NCBI GenBank assembly: GCA_012295275.1
Contig: CM022665.1
Location: 38,378,001-38,442,000 of the forward strand
Source: Chrysomallon squamiferum
Lineage: Eukaryota; Animalia; Mollusca
DNA: 64,000 nucleotides
Reading direction: 5' to 3'
The notes under the pieces were generated by a model. It was given only the letters and a program-made list of their open reading frames with translations, was not told the origin of the DNA and searched no databases. Positions 1 through 13,080 of the stretch are shown here, one piece after another. The position numbers and the translations under genes were made by a program. How positions within the stretch are numbered: position 1 is the first letter of the stretch; each line of letters begins with the position of its first letter.

Positions 1-355
1 TTTAATACACATTGTTTTTGATTATGTAAACATGTTCAGACATTCTGGAACACTGTTACAACCTGGATATTTTTTTAGAACAGAAGTGAGATTTGAAATA
101 AATGCACAAAAAAGATTATATAATCAATTTAATACTGCTAATTGCTATATAAATCAAAATACAAACAACAGCAACTAATTTTAACTGGATACCGAAATGT
201 TCTGAACATATATTATTATACAAATAAATATATTTGTAAGACAAGTAACAGAACAATTAAATTTGAAAACAATATGGAATATTTGGACATAACCATATAT
301 AAGTCATACTATACATTATACTGTATATTCTGTGGCAAAAAAAAATAATAAAATA
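1..355 (+). mobile_element. 3' end of a degraded L1/Tx1-clade LINE
   Basis: Frameshifted translation gives LIH..FWLCKHVQTFW (zf-RVT-like), then YKSKYKQQQLILTGYRNVLNIYYYTNKYICK..KFENN, resembling an L1/Tx1 ORF2 C-terminus, then an A-rich tail at ~337-360. Confidence 0.65.
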
Positions 356-377
356 AAACAAAAATACTTTATTTATA

Positions 378-2499
378 TTATTTCAAATCATATTTTTGCA
401 TTAAACTAAGCAGAGCATCTGTCATTTTCCCTAATCTGTCAAATATTTGTGTTCTTTCTTCTCTCTCTTCATTCCTCCTCTTTTCTTCTATCCTAAATCT
501 ATTTTGTTGCTCAGCCTGCAGCAGCTCAATTCTCATTCTTTCATTTTTCACCTCTGCTTTTCTAATTTCCAGCTCCTCCTGTCTCAATTTAAATTCATTT
601 TCTCTCCAAGCTGCCTCCATGTTAACTTTTGCTTCTAGGTGGGACAACAGCTTAACTGGAAATTAGAAACGAAACAAAGTAAATTTTCCATTGTTATCAA
701 ACATATTCAAATGAAGTATAGATTTAATATTCAAATGTGTGTAAATTAATCTAGAATTTGTTCCTGTAAGAAAAGCTGAACTGAAATAGATATCAAGGTG
801 TGCATTAAATACAAGTCTTTCTTCATGCATTTAGTCATCTGAACAAAGCACTAAGAAACAGAAAAGATACTGTTATTACAAAGAAGATTTCATGTTGAGA
901 TGACAACTGAATGAGATTTGGTTTTGTTGTGTCTAATAACTTGTGATCATTTCTACATCTGTGTCAACTGTCATCTTTCACAGTTTATAAACAGGTAGTT
1001 TCATCTCAAGCAATGGATATTACATCACCACCCCCAACACACACACACACACACACTCTCACTCACTTGCACTAGTTTCTGCCAATGCCACAGGTGTTGG
1101 TGGCTCCTGCAACAAGCAGCCATCATCTGTGTCTTCAGGTGTGTTGTCAGCAGCTGGCAGTGGGTGGTTTTCTGTGTCAGGCTCCTCTTTCACAGGGATT
1201 CTGATTTGGTCAAAGAGGACCCTGGGCTGTACTGGAGTGATCTGCTCCTTTATTTGTTGCCCTGGCTCGTAATGCAGCTTTGCAGACTTTTTTCTCATTT
1301 TAGAAGCAGAGCTGCATATGCTCCTCTTCCTGCCAGTGAGCTGTTTTGGTGCATTTGACCATTCCCTTTCAAGGTCACTAACTTCCTGCATCAATTTCTC
1401 CCTCTCCTCATACTGTTCTTCTGTCCCTGACCTGAATGGGAATGTAAACAATTGACTTAAAAATGGTTTTTTTTCTTCTTCACACTGCAAACATAGCACT
1501 ACACCGACATCAACCCAATTTAAAACCTGACAGCTGTAACACAGCAATCTAAATGTAACTAATAAATACACATTGTATTGGTAGTAATAGGTTCAACCAT
1601 AATATCCCAAACTAAGAACTGATGAACCTTTATTATCATGCCATATTCATACTTTACCTTCTAAGGCTAGCCACTTGTTGTTGACGGGAAATCTTTATCA
1701 GTCTCTCTACCCTGTCCTGGATGGTTCTTTTCTCTACACTGTTGAAGTAGAAGTTTGTACTGAAAAGAAGAGCATAAAATTTATTTGGCTTTCTACCACT
1801 GTAAAAGTAGGAACTTACCCACATGCTGTGTTAATATACATGAACGAGCTATTGCTAATGCAACTGGAATCTGACCATACCATCATATTGGAAGTATATC
1901 TTGTTGGAAGAGAAATTAACACCAGTTCGTTTTATTTAAATAAAACCCATATTACTTGTTGGCAACTGTAAATTACTGTATGGTTTTTCTAATCCATTAA
2001 AAATTAAAGTGTAGGTAGTGTTTAAAGGCCTGTAGAATCTTTTTGGCCAGCTTGGGCCATCACTAATAGATACACCACATGACAAAAGTCTACAAACATA
2101 ACACAATTAACATCTGTGACAAACTGAAAACTTTATAAAATCTCAAATAAGACATAAACCCCAAAAGCACTATTTTTGCACAAACAGAAAGATAAAAGAA
2201 ATTTTTTAATGAGAAAAGTTATGCTGTGGAAATGATGACACTTCACAATCTTCAAATCTCACCCTCTTACCCCTGATTTGTTTAGGCACTGTTTTAAGTT
2301 TTATACAACTGATAGAAACTTAATTGTGCCATTGTTTGATTCAAACTTACCTCTTCAAGTCTTCAGCAATAGCACCAAAGACTGCATTTCCATTCTTGAA
2401 GGGATTCCGGGCTATCACTTGCTTCAGGACAATGATGTCCATGTGGGGAAAGAAATAAAGTTTCTTCTTCTTCCCAGTGTCCACCTCAGCAGATGCCAT
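378..2499 (-). CDS. Harbinger-type Myb/SANT-like accessory protein, 297 aa, 4 exons (2499-2351, 1759-1658, 1431-1067, 655-378)
   Basis: All introns are GT-AG and phase-compatible; 894 nt open. MASAEVDTGKKKKLYFFPHMDIIVLKQVIARNPFK...KRTIQDRVERLIK...SLRRSGTEEQYEEREKLMQEV, with a charged coiled-coil C-terminus. It lies convergent with a DDE_Tnp_4-like relic in copy 2. Confidence 0.8.
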
Positions 2500-3279
2500 C
2501 TGTGTGACACCAACAGTATACAGATGAATATATAAAAATACTGTATAGATTTAGCACTCATAAAATGTTTAATTTTGATATACAATATATGTATATTTAG
2601 TTTGAAACTATACGAGATATTCAATGTTTATGTTGCCAAATGACAGAAATCAATCAGAGGTTCTCCATAGATTTTCAAAGAAAAATACAGGCAAATTTTA
2701 TTCATTTAAAAATTCGTTTTTTTTTTTTCTTCATGTCAACGCTATCAAACATATATTGGAGTCACTGTTACTGCATCTTCTGATGATATTTAATTTTATT
2801 TGTTATTTGCTGCACTTCCAGTAGTCGAGTACACAAGTAATTTTGGCATGGCCAGTATTTTCGTTTGCGAACAAATAAACATTTTGTCTATTTCTCAGCA
2901 AAAAGCAAAACGAGATCTTAAGGCACTATAATGGTCAACAACGTTAATTTACTACTTTTCAAGCATATATTAGTTTGAATTCAGCACCCGAAATCGTAAT
3001 CTCGTTCACCCAACGGTACAACGGTACGTAAGTTCAACCACGGCTTTTTTTTGAGAGAAGGGGGTCTGTCTTTGGCGATCATTTCAGTGAAATCCATGCA
3101 AGAAAATGCAACTTAAGCTGCAGTAATCTATGCAAGGATAGTTAAAGAAAATAATAAAAACATGACTCACCCTTTATAATGTTTTAAAAAGTTGCTATAA
3201 CAATGCGTAAAAGCACACGTGCAAGGACTTTGTTATACGCAAACACGTATGTATAGGTTTGTCCCGCCGCATCCAGGAA

Positions 3280-3291
3280 ATCTCGCGAGAT
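3280..3291. promoter_or_regulatory. ATCTCGCGAGAT palindrome (TCTCGCGAGA CGCG/BANP-type promoter motif) upstream of the Myb-like gene; also at 22696-22707
   Basis: Exact motif match in a CpG-rich patch. Function in this species is inferred only. Confidence 0.4.
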
Positions 3292-4002
3292 AAGACGATA
3301 CGAGTTAGATACGGGTTCGGTACGTGAAGATCGCGTCTATGTTAAACCTTTCTAATGTTAATGTTAAAACCGTTTCTAAGATGGTAAAAAGAAGTGTTGA
3401 ATACACAAACACATATCTATAAGGGAGACTCGTGGAAATTAATAATAACAGTATTTGTTGACATTATGTCAACAAATACTTCAAAATGAACAGAAAATGT
3501 CCAGTAGGCAGGCAGATACTTAAAAAGTGGACAGAAATGAAAATATCAACAGACGCTAATTTTGAAAACCATATCTAGCATTATACCCCCATAACAATTT
3601 CATCATCAGAATTAGGTGTTAAGTCTACCAGGATATAGAGAAACTTTTGAACAGATACATGTATTTAAATAAATAAATATAATAAACACCAAAGTAACAT
3701 AATTATCGTTAAAAGAAATCAGTTTAATGTTAATTTTCATTCTCTCGGCTTACTCGATATTTTTGTCTAGCTCCTATTACTGGGTACCAACGACAGGGAA
3801 ACAAAAATCACAAAAACCTTCGAAGTGTGTTTATTGCTTTCGAAGAAACCCAAACGACTACGACGAATAGGTGACACAGAATACCTGGAGTCAACGCAGC
3901 AAATGTTCACTTTAAATTATCTCTGTTTACACTGTGAATCGCTTCACTGTCCTCGTTTTAAAATCAGTTTTAAAACACTTAAAGAAAATAAATCCCCAAA
4001 AG

Positions 4003-4515
4003 ATGGATTATCATAATTCAGCCGACAAGGTATGTAATCTCTATCTTTATATTTAATTATTTATTTTGAACGGTAATGGTGAGTCCTTGAAACAGCTGTT
4101 CATTCGGAAAATAATAGTACGGAACTGATAAGGGGGCAGAGATGTTATAAACTTGACCCAGTATTTGTTGTTAATGCATATAGACGTGAGCAGTCGTGGC
4201 AGATAAAAATAAAATAAATTAAAAAATAAAAAGGACGATATAACTCGTGTGTTCAGGCTAATTTTATGAAATCACAACAGCAACAATAAATGCGTAATGG
4301 AAATATTTTTATATATGAATATTTAAAGTCAAATCGTAACAGTTTGAAACAACAACAACAGCAACAACAATAACAAAAAACCATAAAAAAAAAACACAAA
4401 AAAAAAACCAATAAATAAAAATTAAAAAAACCCGAAGAAACAACAACAAAAAACAAAAACAAAAAACCTACAAAAACCCCCAACAAACCACCAGTTGTTG
4501 CTGTTGTTGTTGTTG

Positions 4516-4547
<32 letters not shown>

Positions 4548-4720
4548 GTTGTTATTATTATATAAAATCTGATTTATTGCTGTACTCTTTTTTTCAGCCC
4601 ATTTTATATTCATTCTTTAGAAGTTCTTCATGTTGGAGGGTTCGAATAGGTAAACACGACAGTACATACGTATACACACACACACATATATGTATGCAGG
4701 TATAGCTATCTAACTCTATC

Positions 4721-4774
<54 letters not shown>

Positions 4775-4994
4775 CGTTTCAAATGACATTCCAAATGCCA
4801 AATCTATTACAGTGACCAGAACACTAGAAATTTAAAAAGATTTCATTTCAGCACTGGCTATCAAACGAATTGACTACAAATACCAGTCGTGCGAGTGGTT
4901 CTTTGAAGGGGGTCCGAAAGTAAGTTAAATTGTAATTTTTACTGTTTGATTTACAACACACACACACACACACACACGCGCGCGCACACACACG

Positions 4995-5030
<36 letters not shown>

Positions 5031-6015
5031 CTATGTTATGTAAGGATAGATTTTTACTGGATGTTACAGTCAAAGGTAGCTAGATGAAAGATCACACGCA
5101 GAAGAATTTTTGACCATATAGATGATAATTTAAAAAATATTATTATATTTTAATATTCATCACACTGCATAGCTAATTTTAAGTTTATTTGTTTTGATGA
5201 CAACATGGAAGCAAATCTAGCAGCACCACCAACATCATCATCATCATAACAACAACAACTAATTATGATAATGTAATCATGAAAAAGTAAAAACAATCAT
5301 AAATAAATGTAAGATTGAAAGATATAATATATATATACACACATAAAACTGAAATAAACCACTGATGTCATGCTTGTTTTATATTACAGAGAGATGAATA
5401 TTTGAAACTGAATCCAATGGGTGAGGTACCCACCCTAATCATTGATGGTAACACCCTGACGCAGTCTGTACGTATGAATTAATTTTGTTCTAATATAATG
5501 TTTAAAGGATATAGATGTCAAGGATTCTTTGAATATTAGTTATGCATGATAAAGGGACGCAGATGAAAGTATTATCTGAAGGTATTATTCGTATGGACAT
5601 TTTACGTGACATATTAAAAGCAATAATTTGTACTTAAGTTTAATTAGAATTTAAATAATATGAAGATATAATAATGTATACATACATCATTAATGAACTA
5701 TTATTTTCTATCTGGTCGATGAATTACCTTTTTATTTTAGATGCAAGAACAAATTAGATTTTGAACCCTACATTTTTAAAATGTAGTTTTTATTGTTTTT
5801 AAATTAGTTACCACTTCAGAGTTATTTAGATTCTAGAGTCTGCAGTGGAAACAGACATGTAAAGGTTAAACTACATTTTGACATTTCTGTTAAAAAATCA
5901 ACTTCTCTTTGAGGCTGATGAAAGAAATTAGTTATCTGACATCAGTGAAAAATAAATAGACATAAATCACAAAACATACAAAGGGAAAGATAGCAAAAGA
6001 GATACAAACAGACAG

Positions 6016-6084
<69 letters not shown>

Positions 6085-7459
6085 ATGGGAAGAAATTATG
6101 AAAACAGTATGAATTAAGAATTAATCAAATGGTATAATTATATTAAAACATTTAGTATAATATTTTCAGCTTCCTATCATAGAATATTTGGAAGAGACAA
6201 GACCAGGTATTCCACTTCTGCCAAAAGATCCGATTCTTCGTGCGAAGGTAACAAAACATTGTGTCTGTATTATATCAAACATCATCCTTATTTATCATCA
6301 CGATTACTGGTATCGTCATCATGATCACTATCATTAAACATCGCCATTAACAACACTAAGAACATACAACGTTAATATTACAGGCTAGAGCTTTGGCAGA
6401 GATAATAAACTCAGGAATACAACCTCTTCAGAATATCAGGGTTGAAAAGAAATCAGGTGATAGAACGTGGGCCAAATTTTGGATAGAACGAGGATTTGCA
6501 GGCAAGCTGATTTAAACATTTTAAAATCTTAATTTATTTTTGAGCATGCCAGTCACAAACGCTTATGGATCACAATACATATCAGATGTAAAGTGAATCT
6601 GTAACAGCTTCAATAGTATTCGATATAAAAGCTAATTTCTGACTTCTGAAAAGAAGATAAGAAAGGCGCGCCATTATTTAAAAAAAAAAAAAACACCAAA
6701 ACAACAACAAAAAAACACAACAGATATGGAATATTATGTCATTACTGTTTTGCCGTAATAACATTTCTTTCCTTTTTTAAACGATGTTTTACAGGTTTGG
6801 AGCTAGCACTGCGGGAAACTGCGGGTAAATATTCAGTGGGAGACAGCTTGTCTTTGCCCGATGTATATCTTGTACCTCAAGTTTATCGAGCCCATAGGTA
6901 ACATAATACATAGTTTTATTAAATATGTAGGAATTTTCATATAGTAGAATTCAGTTTTGATAAATATGTATTTTGCTTGTTCATCTGTACATCACTAGAG
7001 TATTTGTGTGTATTATTATTATTATTAATTTTTTTATGTGTGCTTATACATATTTAATTAATATGCACAATATGATTCTTCCTTTAAAATTAACACATTT
7101 TTGTTCATAGATAGTCATAATAAATGAAAATAATCCATAAATATATTAAACAACGTGGGACTACGTAATATATTTAATATTTCAAACCACTGTTATTAAT
7201 ATTCAAGAAATTATAATGTATACTTGACTTTTCACGTATGTTAATCCATGGTATATTAAATTAATATTTATATTACCTTGACTGAAAGAAAATTAAGTAT
7301 ACCTTATTGTTTTCTTTTATTTGCAGAGTAAATGTGGACATGTCTCAATTTCCGATTATAAGTCGTATAGATTCGACTCTGTCGGAACTGGACGCTTTCA
7401 AATCTGCGCATGCGTTACGACAAGAAGATTGTCCAAAAGAAGAAAAAATTACGACATAG
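4003..7459 (+). CDS. GSTZ1: Glutathione S-transferase Zeta / maleylacetoacetate isomerase-like, paralog B, 218 aa, 8 exons (4003-4029, 4598-4649, 4852-4919, 5390-5467, 6170-6247, 6384-6501, 6795-6897, 7327-7459)
   Basis: [35 protein letters not shown]...[41 protein letters not shown]...SGIQPLQN...YSVGDSLSLPDVYLVPQVYRAHR...RQEDCP. 657 nt in frame; intron 6 needs a GC donor. Confidence 0.9.
6018..6082. repeat. (GA)n microsatellite; similar tracts at ~14480-14552, 25480-25535, 41159-41240, 55560-55635
   Basis: Read directly from the sequence. Confidence 0.95.
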
Positions 7460-8343
7460 TTCATGAAAATGTCCTGTCTCTTTGCAGTTTGTTTAAAACA
7501 AACAAATAAATAATATTGCATCAGTTTGCGATGTGTTTCAGTTTTTTATTTATTTCTCGTACATCTAATCACGAAGGCCTATATCAACTTTATAAATAAT
7601 TACCATTTTTCAATAGCCGATGAATAAATAAATAAATAAAAAAGTAAAACAACAACAACAACAACAAAAATAATAATAAATTAAAAATTAAAAATAATAA
7701 TAAATATATATATTTTTTTTCTTTGGATGAAAAATATACCTCATTTATTCATTCAGTCAATCGGCCAGTCGTATTTACACATTTATTCACTTTACAAAAA
7801 GAAATAATAAAACGTTAAATAAAAGCGAATAGTAACTAACCGCCATATCTCAGAAAACCCACCGACACGGACGAGCAAAGCAACGATTATATTCAAGTAA
7901 AAATATCACCAAAAACTAGCACAAACATCCACATTTATCCCTTAATCAGTAAGACACCGACGAAGAAGAAGAAGAAGAAGAAGAAGAAAAAAATATATTT
8001 TCACTTCACTGGGGGGGGGGGGGAAGAGATTTAAAAAAAGAACATTTATCAGCAATATTTGAGGATAATATCGTTTTAAAAATGAAGCAACAGGTACACA
8101 TATAGGTTGTATGTAAATGCATATTTACATTATATAATTTACAAAATGTTGCCGCCCCCCTCTTAAACCGCAACTGAAGTTTGTGTGATATGCATCAGAA
8201 GTCGACGTTTAAAGGAAATGAATGTTTGCTTGTTTACTTTTGTGACCTAGTTAATGACACTACCTCCGGGTCGCTCTCTCGCTCGCTCACGAACAAAGAT
8301 CTTGTATTATTGACTGAAACGAAGAACTAGCCTACTACGGAAA

Positions 8344-10270
8344 ATGGCGGCTGAAAGTTTGGGCGTCAAGGTACGTATTTGGGATATTTTTGTATGAAAG
8401 TAGTCACACCCTTAATAGTTCGTCTTAAAACTGTATTAAAAGATTATTTTCAGTTTCCTTGACCTTAACTTGTGACGAAGGCGATGTCACACTATTCAGA
8501 TTATTGTATTTGTTACAGGAGTAGAATAAAAAGTATGAAAGCTAAACAACAACAACATCAACAAAAATTATTATTATTATTATTTTTGAATGATATTTAA
8601 TATATATATTGTACACTTTACATTTTTTTCAGCTTGTTCTTTATTCGAAAACAAGACAAGGCGCGCCGTTATTTAAAACGCTAGGTATATTACGTCATTA
8701 CTGTTTTTGACGTAATAACGTTTCTTTCCATTTTTAAACGATTTTCGCCGGTAGCTTTGAAGAAAACTGCGGTTACATATTCAGTCGGAGACAGTTTGTT
8801 TTTGAGTCTATACGACTTATAATAACCTAACCCAATGCATATTTTGTATCTCAAGTTTATCGAGGTAATAAGTAATATAATATTTATTTTTATTAAATAT
8901 GTAGGAATTTTTATATCTTTCTATAGTAGAACTCACAGTTTTGATAAATATGTTTTGCATGTTCAACTGTACAGCACTAGGATGTTGGTGTGGACCACAT
9001 TTATTATTATTATACATTATTATTTATTTTTATTTACTTATTTATTTTTATTATTATTTTTTTTATGTGTGCTTATACATATTTAATTACAATATACACA
9101 ATATGATTCTTCCTTTAAAACTTACAACTTTGTATTTATAGTTAGCAATAATAAGTGAAAATAATCCATATATATATATTAAACAACGTGGGACTACTTA
9201 AAATACTTTATACCATTTCAAACCACTGTTATTAACTTTCAAATAATTATAATGTTTACTTAACTTTTCACGTTTGTTAATCCATACATAATATATTAAA
9301 TTAATATTTATATTAAAATGACCTGAAAGAAATTTAAGTATACCTTATTGTTTTGTTTTATTTGCAGAGTAAACGTAGACATATGTCCGTGGGCTATTAT
9401 AAGTCGTATAGACTCAACGCTGTCGGGACGAGACGCCCGCAGATTTTAACGTGCGTTTCGGCACGAAAATGGCCGAAACAAAAGTCACATTTTGTGGTTC
9501 ATGAAAACATCAGGACTGTTAGGCGTTTGTGTAAAAGAAACAAATAAATAATATTTCATCATTTTGCCATCTTTTTTTACTTTTTGTACTTGTTTTTTAT
9601 ACCTCAAGTTTATCGAGCCCAGAGATAACATAATATATATTTTTGATTAAATATGTGGGAATTTTTATATCTTTCTATTGTAGAATTCACAGTTTTGATA
9701 CATATGTATTTTGCATTTTCATCTGTACATCGCTAGGGTATTTGTGTGCACCACATTTATTATTATTATACATTATTATGTTGTTGTTGTTTTTTTTTAG
9801 TTTGTTTTTTTATGTGTGCTTATACATATTTAATTAATATACACAGTATGATTCTTCCTTTAAAACTTACAACTTTGTATTTATAGTTAGCAATAATAAG
9901 TGAAAATAATCCATATATATATATTAAACAACGTGGGACTACTTAAAATACTTTATACCATTTCAAACCACTGTTATTAACATTCAAATAATTATGTTTA
10001 CTTAACTTTCAAATAATTATAATGTTCAGTTATCTTTTCACATTTGTTAATCCATACATAGTATATTAAATTAATATTTATATTAAACTCACCTGAGAGA
10101 AAATTAAGTATACCTTATTGTTTTGTTTTATTTGCAGCGCAAACATGGACATATGTCAAATTCCGATTGTAAGTCATATAGACTCAGCTCTGTCGAAAAT
10201 GGACGCTTTCAGATAGTCTTACGTAACGAAAAGAAGATTGTCCAAAACCAAAAAACAATATTACTATATA
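8344..10270 (+). pseudogene. Chimeric GST-zeta unit 1: A exon 1, intron 1 and 14 nt of exon 2 fused to B intron 6, a degenerate exon 7 and two exon-8 copies
   Basis: ATGGCGGCTGAAAGTTTGGGCGTCAAG|GT at 8344; junction near 8646; exon-8-like blocks start at 9368 (in-frame TAA) and 10138 (in-frame TAG). Confidence 0.85.
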
Positions 10271-11155
10271 GTTCATGAAAAGGTTCCATCTCTTTGCAGT
10301 TTGTTTAAAACATAAATAAAAAATATTGCATCTTTTTGCCATTTGCTTCAGTTTTTTTTAATTTTATTTCTCGTATATCTAATCACGAAGGCCTATATCA
10401 ACTTTATAAATAATTACCATTTTGCAATAGCCAATAAATAAATAAATAAATAAAAAAGTAAAACAACAACAAGAACAATAATAATAATAAATAAAAAAAA
10501 AATAAAAATAAATATATATATATATTTTTTTTTCATTGGATGAAAAATATACCTCATTTATTCATTCAGTCAATCGGCAAGTCGCATTTTACACATTTAT
10601 TCACTTTACAAAAAGAAATAATAAAACATTAAATAAAAGCGAATAGAAACTAACCGATACATCTCAGGAAACCCACTGACACGGACGAGCAAAGCAACGA
10701 TTATATCCAAATAAAAATATCACCAAAAACTAGCACAAACATCCACATTATCCCTTAATCAGTAAGACACTGACGAAGATGATGAAAACATATATATATA
10801 TATATATAGTTTCACTTCAATGGGGCAAAAAAAAAAAAAAAAAATTAATTTATTTTTTTATCAGCAATATTTGAGGATAATATCGTTTTAAAAATGAAGA
10901 CACAGGTACACATATAGGTTGTATGTAAATGCATATTTACATTATATAATTTACAAAATGTTGCCGCTCCCCTCTTAAACCGCAACTGAAGTTTGTGTGA
11001 TATGCATCAGAAGTCGACGTTTAAAGGAAATGAATGTTTGCTTGTTTACTTTTGTGACCTAGTTAGTGACACTACCTCCGGGTCGCTCTCTCGCTCGCTC
11101 ACGAACAAAGATCTTGTATTATTGACTGAAACGAAGAACTAGCCTACTACGGAAA

Positions 11156-13080
11156 ATGGCGGCTGAAAGTTTGGGCGTCAAGGTACGTATTTGGGATATT
11201 TTTGTATGAAAGTAGTCACACCCTTAATAGTTCGTCTTAAAACTGTATTAAAAGATTATTTTCAGTTTCCTTGACCTTAACTTGTGACGAAGGCGATGTC
11301 ACACTATTCAAATTATTGTATTTGTTACAGGAGTAGAATAAAAAGTATGAAAGCTAAACAACAACAACAACAACAAAAATTATTATTATTATTATTTTGG
11401 AATGATATTTAATATATATATTGTACACTTTACATTTTTTCAGCCTGTTCTTTATTCGAAAACAAGACAAGGCGCGCCATTATTTAAAACGCTAGGTATA
11501 TTACGTCATTACTGTTTTTGACGTAATAACGTTTCTTTCCATTTTTAAACGATTTTCGCCGGTAGCTTTGAAGAAAACTGCGGTTACATATTCAGTCGGA
11601 GACAGTTTGTTTTTGAGTCTATACGACTTATAATAACCTAACCCCATGCATATCTTGTATCTCAAGTTTATCGAGGTAATAAGTAATATAATATTTATTT
11701 TTATTAAATATGTAGGAATTTTTATATGTTTCTATAGTAGAACTCACAGTTTTGATAAATATGTTTTGCATGTTCAACTGTACAGCACTAGGATGTTGGT
11801 GTGGACCACATTTATTATTATTATACATTATTATTTATTTTTATTTATTTATTTATTTTTATTATTATTTTTTATGTGTGCTTATACATATTTAATTAAT
11901 ATACACAATATGATTCTTCCTTTAAAACTTACAACTTTGTATTTATAGTTAGCAATAATAAGTGAAAATAATCCATATATATATATTAAACAACGTGGGA
12001 CTACTTAAAATACTTTATACCATTTCAAACCACTGTTATTAACTTTCAAATAATTATAATGTTTACTTAACTTTTCACGTTTGTTAATCCATACATAATA
12101 TATTAAATTAATATTTATATTAAAATGACCTGAAAGAAATTTAAGTATACCTTATTGTTTTGTTTTATTTGCAGAGTAAACGTAGACATATGTCCGTGGG
12201 CTATTATAAGTCGTATAGACTCAACGCTGTCGGGACGAGACGCCCGCAGATTTTAACGTGCGTTTCGGCACGAAAATGGCCGAAACAAAAGTCACATTTT
12301 GTGGTTCATGAAAACATCAGGACTGTTAGGCGTTTGTGTAAAAGAAACAAATAAATAATATTTCATCATTTTGCCATCTTTTTTTACTTTTTGTACTTGT
12401 TTTTTATACCTCAAGTTTATCGAGCCCAGAGATAACATAATATATATTTTTGATTAAATATGTGGGAATTTTTATATCTTTCTATTGTAGAATTCACAGT
12501 TTTGATACATATGTATTTTGCATTTTCATCTGTACATCGCTAGGGTATTTGTGTGCACCACATTTATTATTATTATACATTATTATGTTGTTGTTGTTTT
12601 TTTTTAGTTTGTTTTTTTATGTGTGCTTATACATATTTAATTAATATACACAGTATGATTCTTTCTTTAAAATTTGCAAATTTATATTTATAGTTGGCCA
12701 TAATAAATGAAAATAATCCATATATATATATATTAAACAATGTGGGACTACTTAAAATACTTTATACCATTTCAAACCACTGTTATTAACATTCAAATAA
12801 TTATGTTTACTTAACTTTCAAATAATTATAATGTTCAGTTATCTTTTCACATTTGTTAATCCATACATAGTATATTAAATTAATATTTATATTAAACTCA
12901 CCTGAGAGAAAATTAAGTATACCTTATTGTTTTGTTTTATTTGCAGCGCAAACGTGGACATATGTCAAATTCCGATTGTAAGTCATATAGACTCAGCTCT
13001 GTCGAAAATGGACGCTTTCAGATAGTCTTACGTAACGAAAAGAAGATTGTCCAAAACCAAAAAACAATATTACTATATAG
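11156..13080 (+). pseudogene. Chimeric GST-zeta unit 2 (tandem repeat of unit 1, period ~2812 bp)
   Basis: Near-identical to unit 1; ATG at 11156; exon-8-like blocks at 12175 and 12947. Confidence 0.85.

Larger units (their letters stand above)
1..3407. mobile_element. Right part of a PIF/Harbinger-type DNA transposon (copy 1; left part lies outside the window)
   Basis: Near-identical to 19421-~22823. Contains the Myb/SANT-like gene and the right inverted arm (~2600-3250). The right boundary is approximate; no TSD could be verified. Confidence 0.7.

Noticed and set aside
7321-7509. Repeated short ORFs MQSKCGHV... and MFYLQSKRRH... as a small-peptide family
   Set aside because: These are off-frame readings of GSTZ exon 8 and its copies, starting at non-ATG codons.
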